Of a stretch of 64,000 bases of DNA, positions 57,333 to 64,000 are shown in pieces (the stretch's first letter is position 1; each line of letters begins with the position of its first letter). The DNA lies in contig JAOBJT010000002.1 of NCBI GenBank assembly GCA_025728345.1, positions 41,075 through 105,074 of the forward strand, in the 5' to 3' direction. The notes under the pieces were generated by a model. That model ran no database searches. It was given only the letters and a program-made list of their open reading frames with translations, and was not told the DNA's origin. This stretch comes from Candidatus Lightella neohaematopini. Lineage in GTDB: Bacteria; Pseudomonadota; Gammaproteobacteria; Enterobacterales; Enterobacteriaceae. A program made the position numbers and the translations under genes.

Positions 57333-58238
57333 ATGACAAACATAAACTTATTTAAAAAATTAAAATTTAGTTTAAGAAAAACTAAAGAAAAATTAATAAA
57401 TAATATCAAAGATATTTTTTCTTCTAAAAAAAATAAAAACGATATGTTAAAAAAGCTTGAATATCATTTAATTAGTTCTGATGTAAATATTAATGTAGCA
57501 AAAAATATTATAAAAGGAATTCATAAATATAATTTAAACGAAAACAATATATTACCAATTGTAAAAGAACAAATGGTAAATTTATTAAAACCTATTAGTA
57601 AACCAATAATTTTTTCTGAGTATAAACCATTTATAATTTTATTAGTTGGTATTAATGGAGTTGGAAAAACTACTACTGCTGGTAAATTATCATGGTTTTA
57701 CAAAAAACAAAATAAAAAAATATTGTTAGTAGCTGGTGATACTTTTAGATTAGCAGCTATAGAACAGTTAAAAATTATAGGTAAAAATATATCAATACCA
57801 GTCATATCACAGAATATTGGATCTGATTCAGGATCAGTAGTATTTGATGCAATTAAATCAGCTCAAGCAAAACAAGTGGATTTAGTTATAATAGATACAG
57901 CTGGTAGATTACAAAATAAATTATTTTTAATGAATGAATTAAAAAAAATTATTACGATAATAAACAAATTAACTAATAATAATATTTTTGATATAATTTT
58001 AGTAATAGATGCTAATACTGGTCAAAATGCTCTCAATCAAGTTACTAATTTCTATAAATACTTAAATATTAATGGAATAATATTAACCAAATTAGATAGT
58101 ACTGCCAAAGGAGGAATAATATTCAATATATCAAATATATTTAATATACCATTAAGATTTATAAGTACTGGAGATCACATTGATGATTTGCAATTCTTTG
58201 AACCTAATAGCTTTGTAAATGCTTTATTTGATCAATAA
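57333..58238 (+). CDS. ftsY: signal recognition particle receptor FtsY (NG domain only)
   Basis: 301 aa. LFKKLKFSLRKTKEKL (= E. coli FFARLKRSLLKTKENL at the A/N junction), GINGVGKTTTAGKL, AGDTFRLAAIEQL, DTAGRLQNK, TKLDSTAKGG. The roughly 195-aa acidic A domain of E. coli FtsY is absent. Confidence 0.95.
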   Translation: MTNINLFKKLKFSLRKTKEKLINNIKDIFSSKKNKNDMLKKLEYHLISSDVNINVAKNIIKGIHKYNLNENNILPIVKEQMVNLLKPISKPIIFSEYKPFIILLVGINGVGKTTTAGKLSWFYKKQNKKILLVAGDTFRLAAIEQLKIIGKNISIPVISQNIGSDSGSVVFDAIKSAQAKQVDLVIIDTAGRLQNKLFLMNELKKIITIINKLTNNNIFDIILVIDANTGQNALNQVTNFYKYLNINGIILTKLDSTAKGGIIFNISNIFNIPLRFISTGDHIDDLQFFEPNSFVNALFDQ

Positions 58239-58356
58239 AATATTAATTAGAATATATGTATTTATTATTCATTAAATTAATTATTAGTTAATTATGATTA
58301 ATTAAAGTATTATGACAAAATATTACAAATTAATTATTATCTAAATAATAAAATAA

Positions 58357-59217
58357 ATGAATAAAAAAAGTAAATACTTAATTAACTTACCAAATAGTAT
58401 AGATAACTATATAAGAATTGCTAATTCTTATCCAATATTAACTGCAGAAGAAGAATATGAATTAGCTAAACAGTTTTACTTTAATAGGAATTTAGAAGCA
58501 GCTAAAAAATTAATATTATCACATTTAAGATTTATTATACACATAGCACGTAACTATTCAGGTTATGGATTACTACAATCTGATTTAATTCAAGAAGGTA
58601 ATATAGGATTAATGAAAGCAGTATATAGATTTAATCCAGAAATAGGAGTTAGATTAGTATCGTTTGCTATTCATTGGGTTAAAGCAGAAATACATGAATA
58701 TGTTTTAAAAAATTGGCGTATAGTTAAAGTAGCTACTACAAAAGCACAAAGAAAACTATTTTTTAATTTACGTAGAACAAAACAACATATTAAATGGCTA
58801 AATAAGAATGAATTAGATATTATTGCCAAAAAACTTGGTGTATCTAAAAAAGATGTTATTGAAATGGAATCAAGAATGTTTACAAAAGATATGACTGTTG
58901 ATTTTGATTCAGAAGATGATAATAAAAATAATCAAACATCACATTATTCAGTGTTTCATTTATGTGATAAGTCATCAGATTTTACTGATATAATAGAAAA
59001 ACACAATTGGGATAATCATGCTTCAAGTAAATTAAATAAGGCATTAAATAGACTAGATAAGAGAAGTAGAGATATTATTTATGCTCGTTGGTTAGTAGAT
59101 AATAATAATAGAATTACATTAAAAGAACTTGCTAATAGATATGGTGTATCTGCAGAACGAGTAAGACAATTAGAAAAAAACGCAATGCGTAAAATTCGTA
59201 TAGAAATAGAATCATGA
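58357..59217 (+). CDS. rpoH: RNA polymerase sigma-32 (heat shock)
   Basis: 286 aa. [85 protein letters not shown] (RpoH box), [20 protein letters not shown]. Confidence 0.96.
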   Translation: MNKKSKYLINLPNSIDNYIRIANSYPILTAEEEYELAKQFYFNRNLEAAKKLILSHLRFIIHIARNYSGYGLLQSDLIQEGNIGLMKAVYRFNPEIGVRLVSFAIHWVKAEIHEYVLKNWRIVKVATTKAQRKLFFNLRRTKQHIKWLNKNELDIIAKKLGVSKKDVIEMESRMFTKDMTVDFDSEDDNKNNQTSHYSVFHLCDKSSDFTDIIEKHNWDNHASSKLNKALNRLDKRSRDIIYARWLVDNNNRITLKELANRYGVSAERVRQLEKNAMRKIRIEIES

Positions 59218-59260
59218 TAAAATTATTAAAAATTAAAATAGGTTATTTAGTATTTTTTAG

Positions 59261-59974
59261 ATGTTTTATTTAGAAAATAAAAAAAACAAAATTATTGAAA
59301 TATTCAATAAGATTGCAAATAGATATGATCTAATGAATGACATTATGTCATTTGGTATACATAGAATATGGAAAAAAATATTAATAAATTATAGTGATGT
59401 AAGTTATGGAGAAAAAATATTAAATTTAGCTTGTGGTACCGGTGATTTAACATATAAATTATCATCATTAGTTGGTAATGATGGAGAAATTATATTACTA
59501 GATATAAATTTTAGTATGTTAAAAAATAGTCGTATTAAATTAAGAAATATTGGTATTTTAGGAAATATAAATTATATTCAAGGTGATGCTGAAGAATTAC
59601 CATTTTCAAAAAATATCTTTGATTGTATAATAATATCTTTTGGAATCAGAAATTTTCTTAATAAAGATCAAGTTTTAAAATCAAGTTATAAAATATTAAA
59701 ATTAGGTGGAAGAATTATAATTTTAGAATTTTCAAAACCTTTAATTAATATCTTTCGTAAAATTTATAACCTTTACTCATTTAATATTATACCATTAGTT
59801 GGCAAAATTATTACTAATAGTAAAGATAGTTACGAATATTTAGTAAAATCTATTAGATTACATCCAAATCAAGAAGAACTAAAATCTATAATTATAAATG
59901 CAGGTTTTAGTAACGTTAATTATATAAATCTTACTGGAGGTATAGTAGCAATACATAAAGGATATAAAATTTGA
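59261..59974 (+). CDS. ubiE: ubiquinone/menaquinone C-methyltransferase
   Basis: 237 aa. VFNKIANRYDLMNDIMSFGIHRIWK, SAM motif ILNLACGTGDL, ISFGIRN, GGRIIILEFSKP, YEYLVKSIRLHPNQEEL. Confidence 0.93.
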   Translation: MFYLENKKNKIIEIFNKIANRYDLMNDIMSFGIHRIWKKILINYSDVSYGEKILNLACGTGDLTYKLSSLVGNDGEIILLDINFSMLKNSRIKLRNIGILGNINYIQGDAEELPFSKNIFDCIIISFGIRNFLNKDQVLKSSYKILKLGGRIIILEFSKPLINIFRKIYNLYSFNIIPLVGKIITNSKDSYEYLVKSIRLHPNQEELKSIIINAGFSNVNYINLTGGIVAIHKGYKI

Positions 59975-60435
59975 TATTTACTAATATATTAATAAAAAAA
60001 ATATTAAACAATTTAATTTATGAGCATTATTGTCCAATGACATTTAATTTTTATTTGAAAAATAAAATTATAAAATTAATTTTATTTAAACCTTATGTTA
60101 ATTTGATGTTTTCATTGTCTGAAAATGGTCTTGAATTTATAGAAAATCATGACCAATCTAAAATAGATTTTTTAATAACAATAGATTATATAGATTTAAT
60201 TTATTTTTTGTTATATTTTAATGATTACTGTGATATATATTCTTTACATAAGCCAAAATTTTTTAATAAAATAATAATTCTTATTAAGAATAATTATTTT
60301 CATAAATTTAATTATAATAATTACAATTATTATCTATTCAATATAATTGTTAATAAAATAATTAATGATAAAAATAAGATTAAATCAATATTATTTTTTT
60401 TGTATAATTATATATTAATGTATTGGTTAAAATGA
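59971..60435 (+). CDS. ubiJ: ubiquinone biosynthesis accessory factor UbiJ (SCP2-like; TTG start)
   Basis: 154-aa ORF in the ubiE-ubiJ-ubiB slot, overlapping the ubiE stop (TTGA). The N-terminal half aligns loosely with E. coli UbiJ (ILNNLIYEHY...KIIKLILFKPYVNLMFSLSENGLEFI vs LLNTFLYRSP...KVLRVEVKGFSTSLILVFSERQVDVL). Shorter than the 201-aa E. coli protein. Confidence 0.6.
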   Translation: MIFTNILIKKILNNLIYEHYCPMTFNFYLKNKIIKLILFKPYVNLMFSLSENGLEFIENHDQSKIDFLITIDYIDLIYFLLYFNDYCDIYSLHKPKFFNKIIILIKNNYFHKFNYNNYNYYLFNIIVNKIINDKNKIKSILFFLYNYILMYWLK

Positions 60436-60466
60436 TTAGTTGTTGATTTTAATATGAGTATAATTA

Positions 60467-62092
60467 ATGCTAATAAAAAATACTAAAAGATTATTATTAA
60501 TATTTTATACAATAATTTACTATAAATTGTACGAATTCATACCAAAAAATAAATCTATTATTTTTAAGTTTTTTACTAGAGTAGTTTTTTTACTTTTTAA
60601 AAAAAGTAATATAAATTCTTTAGGTAAAAGATTAAGATTAGCTTTACAAGAATTAGGTCCAATTTGGATAAAATTTGGGCAAATGTTATCTACCAGATAT
60701 GATATTTTTCCAATCAGTATAATTAAACAATTAACTATGTTACAAAATAAAGTTAATCTATCAAATAAATTAGTTACAACTGACTATATAAAATCCATAA
60801 TAGGTAATAATATTAATATTTGGTTTAATAACTTTGAATATAAACCAATAGCATCAGCTTCAATTGCACAAGTACATACTGCATGCTTAAAAAATGGTCA
60901 AGAAATCATTGTGAAGATTATACGTCCAGATATTTTGCCAATTATTAAAATTGATATAAATCTTATGTATATAATAGCTAAACTAATAATGGTGATTATT
61001 CCAAGTTTTAAAAGATTTAAATTAAAAGATATAATATCAGAATATGAACAGACTATACTAAATGAATTAGATTTACTTAAGGAAACATCTAATGCAATAA
61101 AATTAAGAAATAATTTTAAAAATAGTGAAATGTTATACATACCTAAAGTTTATCCTAACTTTTGTAAAAAAAATTTTATGGTTATGGAACGTATATACGG
61201 TGTACCAATAAACAATATAAAGAAATTAAAAAAATGTGGTATAAACATGAAGTTATTAGCTGAATATGGAGTACAAATATTTCTTACACAAGTTTTTCGT
61301 GATAGCTTTTTTCATGGTGATATGCATCCAGGAAATATATTAGTTAATATCACACAACCACATAAACCGAAGTATATTAGTATAGATTATGGAATAGTTG
61401 GATATTTAAATAAAAAAGATAAATACTATTTAGCAGAAAATTTAATTGCTTTTTTTAACCATGATTATCGTAAAATAGCAGAGTTACATATTAATTATGG
61501 ATTAGTTTCATCAAAAACAAATATTGATGATTTAGAATTTGCTATTCGTTATATTTGTGAACCATGTTTTAAAAAACCATTATCAGAAATATCTTTTAGT
61601 AAGATTTTATTTAATTTATTTAAAATTACAAAAAAATTTAATATGACAATTCAACCAAGATTAGTTTTATTACAAAAAACTATGTTATCTATAGAAAATA
61701 TGGGTAAACAACTATATCCCCAATTAGATTTATGGAAAACAGTTAAACCATTTTTAGAAAACTGGTTAAAGCATCAAGTTAGCATATTCACTATAATATC
61801 TAACATAAAAAAAAATATACCTAATATAATGATTTATTTACCAGAATTACCAGAATTATTAATCAATAATATTACAAATTATAAATTTATAATGCATGAT
61901 ATAAAACAATTATCAAGTAATATAAAATTTTATGATAAGAAATATAGTAAATATAATTATATATTAAATAGTATTAATTTAATAATTATTATTAATTTAC
62001 TAAGTATAAATAATATTTATATTAGCACTATTTTAATTTTTGTTAATATAATACTAATAATAACAAATTTAAGGTATGATAAAAATAATTAA
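60467..62092 (+). CDS. ubiB: ubiquinone biosynthesis atypical kinase UbiB
   Basis: 541 aa. RLRLALQELGPIWIKFGQMLSTRYDIFP, PIASASIAQVHTA, VKIIRPDI, FFHGDMHPGNILV, two C-terminal TM segments. Confidence 0.94.
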   Translation: MLIKNTKRLLLIFYTIIYYKLYEFIPKNKSIIFKFFTRVVFLLFKKSNINSLGKRLRLALQELGPIWIKFGQMLSTRYDIFPISIIKQLTMLQNKVNLSNKLVTTDYIKSIIGNNINIWFNNFEYKPIASASIAQVHTACLKNGQEIIVKIIRPDILPIIKIDINLMYIIAKLIMVIIPSFKRFKLKDIISEYEQTILNELDLLKETSNAIKLRNNFKNSEMLYIPKVYPNFCKKNFMVMERIYGVPINNIKKLKKCGINMKLLAEYGVQIFLTQVFRDSFFHGDMHPGNILVNITQPHKPKYISIDYGIVGYLNKKDKYYLAENLIAFFNHDYRKIAELHINYGLVSSKTNIDDLEFAIRYICEPCFKKPLSEISFSKILFNLFKITKKFNMTIQPRLVLLQKTMLSIENMGKQLYPQLDLWKTVKPFLENWLKHQVSIFTIISNIKKNIPNIMIYLPELPELLINNITNYKFIMHDIKQLSSNIKFYDKKYSKYNYILNSINLIIIINLLSINNIYISTILIFVNIILIITNLRYDKNN

Positions 62093-62107
62093 TACAATTT
62101 ATCAATA

Positions 62108-63565
62108 ATGTTTAAAGATTTAAAAAGTTTTTTGAAAGTTTTAGAATATAAAAAACAAATAAAGATTATTAATGAGTTAATAAGTCCATTTTTAGAAGTT
62201 ACAGAAATATCTAGAAGAGTACTAAAAAAAAATGGACCGGCTTTATTATTTAATAATCTTAAAGGATACAATATTCCATTACTATGTAATCTTTTTGGTT
62301 CGATAGATAGAATTATGTTAGGATTAGGTATAAATAAAAAAGAAGAATTACGTGATATAGGAAATTTAATAGTATTTTTACAATCACCCACTCCGCCTAA
62401 TAGTTTTTACGATTTAATAAAAAGGATACCAAAATTTCGTCAAATACTTAATATGCCAACAAAAACAGTTAAATTAGCTCCATGTCAAGAATTAGTTTTA
62501 AAAGATAGTGATGTTGATTTAAATAATATTCCTATTATGCATTGTTGGCCTGATGATGCTGGGCCACTAATTACTTGGGGAATTACTATAACAAAAGGAT
62601 TAAATAATAGACAAAATCTGGGAGTTTATAGACAACAAGTAATTGATAAAAATAAAGTTATAATACGTTGGCTTCACCAAAGAGATGGAGCATTAGATTT
62701 TAAAAAATGGCAAAAATTAAATAATAATAAAAAATTTCCTGTAGCTATAGCGATAGGAGTTGATCCAGCTACTGCTATATCAGCAGTGGCTCCATTACCA
62801 AGTACATTATCAGAGTATTCTTTTGCCGGTTTACTAAGAAAACAAAAAACAGAATTAGTAAAGTGTATATCCTGCGATTTACAAGTACCTGCTAATGCAG
62901 AAATAATTTTAGAAGGCTATTTAAAATCTAATTATACAGCTACAGAAGGACCTCATGGTGATCATACAGGATATTATAATGAAAAAGATAAATTTCCAGT
63001 ACTAACCATTACACACATAACTAAAAAACATAATACTATTTATCATTCTACTTATACTAGCAGACCTCCAGATGAACCATCAAAAATTAGTGAAGCATTA
63101 AATGAAATATTTATTCCAATAATTAAAAATAAATTTCCAGAAGTAAAAGATTTTTATTTACCATCTTCTGGATGTTCCTATAGACTAGCAATAGTTTCTA
63201 TAAAAAAAGAATATGCTGGACATGCTAAAATAATTATGATTGGTATTTGGTCATTTTTAAAACAATTTATGTATAATAAATATATTATCGTATGTGACGA
63301 TGATATAAATATCCGTAAATGGAATGATGTAATATGGGCAATAACTACACGTACTGATCCAATAAGAGATACTTTAATATTAAATAATATGCCAATAGAT
63401 TATTTAGATTTTGCTTCTCAAAAAATTCATATTGGTTCTAAAATGGGTATTGACGCTACCAATAAATGGTTAGGAGAAGTAGATCGTAAATGGGGTAAAT
63501 TAATTAATATGAACAAAGATATAGAAAAAAAAATTGATCAAATATGGAAAAAATTAAACATATAA
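62108..63565 (+). CDS. ubiD: 4-hydroxy-3-polyprenylbenzoate decarboxylase
   Basis: 485 aa. [109 protein letters not shown]. Confidence 0.96.
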   Translation: MFKDLKSFLKVLEYKKQIKIINELISPFLEVTEISRRVLKKNGPALLFNNLKGYNIPLLCNLFGSIDRIMLGLGINKKEELRDIGNLIVFLQSPTPPNSFYDLIKRIPKFRQILNMPTKTVKLAPCQELVLKDSDVDLNNIPIMHCWPDDAGPLITWGITITKGLNNRQNLGVYRQQVIDKNKVIIRWLHQRDGALDFKKWQKLNNNKKFPVAIAIGVDPATAISAVAPLPSTLSEYSFAGLLRKQKTELVKCISCDLQVPANAEIILEGYLKSNYTATEGPHGDHTGYYNEKDKFPVLTITHITKKHNTIYHSTYTSRPPDEPSKISEALNEIFIPIIKNKFPEVKDFYLPSSGCSYRLAIVSIKKEYAGHAKIIMIGIWSFLKQFMYNKYIIVCDDDINIRKWNDVIWAITTRTDPIRDTLILNNMPIDYLDFASQKIHIGSKMGIDATNKWLGEVDRKWGKLINMNKDIEKKIDQIWKKLNI

Positions 63566-63594
63566 TTAAAAACTATTAAAAAATAAATTATAAT

Positions 63595-64000
63595 ATGTCT
63601 ATTATACAATGCACATTATATTCATTAAAAAAAATTGCTAAATTTACTTATCAGGTGCGTCTAAAATCAACAAATAATATTACTTTTATAGCAGGACAAT
63701 ATTTATTATTACTAATAAATAATAATAGATACCCATTTTCTTTAGCATCATCACCATTAAACAAACATTTTATAGAATTACATATTGGATCATCAATATT
63801 TAATTCAAAAATAATTGATATAATTAATTATATACTAAATAAAAAAGTTATATTAGTAGATATACCTTATGGAAATGCATGGTTAAGAATTAACAATTAT
63901 CCAATTATGCTAATAGTTGGAGGAACTGGTTTTTCTTATGCTCAATCTATACTATTTACAATTCTTAAACAACAACCTAATAAAAAAATAATATTTTATT
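63595..64000 (+). CDS. fre: NAD(P)H-flavin reductase, 5' part (runs off the window)
   Basis: Not in the ORF track because it is open at the window end. ATG at 63595 gives [24 protein letters not shown]...[10 protein letters not shown]...[10 protein letters not shown]...FIELHIG...[10 protein letters not shown]...[17 protein letters not shown], colinear with E. coli Fre. Follows ubiD as in E. coli. Confidence 0.88.
   Translation, partial: MSIIQCTLYSLKKIAKFTYQVRLKSTNNITFIAGQYLLLLINNNRYPFSLASSPLNKHFIELHIGSSIFNSKIIDIINYILNKKVILVDIPYGNAWLRINNYPIMLIVGGTGFSYAQSILFTILKQQPNKKIIFY

Overview
This window is a gene-dense, extremely AT-rich stretch (judged by eye, not computed) of a strongly reduced gammaproteobacterial chromosome. 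The conserved proteins, the 16S rRNA, the tRNAs and the gene order all look Enterobacterales-derived. That fits an obligate insect endosymbiont of the Wigglesworthia/Blochmannia type, but this is a guess from composition and gene content, not an identification. I can support 60 protein-coding genes, 1 frameshifted pseudogene (gmhA), one 16S rRNA, six tRNAs (Ile-GAU, Ala-UGC, Asp-GUC, Trp-CCA, Thr-CGU, Ile2-CAU) and RNase P RNA. The gene order is a string of E. coli-like syntenic blocks: pyrH-frr-dxr-uppS-cdsA-bamA-skp-lpxD-fabZ-lpxA-lpxB-dnaE-accA-tilS; gloB-rnhA/dnaQ; gpt-thrW; atpBEFHAGC-mnmG; rpsU-dnaG-rpoD-ileX; folB-uppP-cca-hldE-ribB; gyrA/ubiG-nrdAB-yfaE; rsmD/ftsY-rpoH; ubiE-ubiJ-ubiB-ubiD-fre. 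Individual genes have been cleanly deleted from these blocks (rseP, rnhB, atpI, rsmG, ftsEX, tatABC). I see no mobile elements, CRISPR arrays, prophage, defence, toxin-antitoxin or secondary-metabolite loci, and no convincing novel multi-gene system. What deserves a second look is reductive-evolution biology. (1) dnaE stops 7 codons after its internal beta-clamp motif and lacks the OB-fold and tau-binding C-terminus. (2) The ADP-heptose pathway is eroding (gmhA frameshift, hldE reduced to its kinase domain) while the lipid A/BamA/Skp genes stay intact. (3) The rrn operon is split: 16S-tRNAIle-tRNAAla joins directly to tRNAAsp-tRNATrp with no 23S/5S. (4) There are two unassigned small ORFs, one in a non-syntenic patch (53.0-53.4 kb) and one (56.3-56.6 kb) next to the window's largest non-coding spacer (528 bp), which carries a perfect 9-bp hairpin. 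All functional calls rest on my own recognition of translated motifs and synteny. No database search was run.
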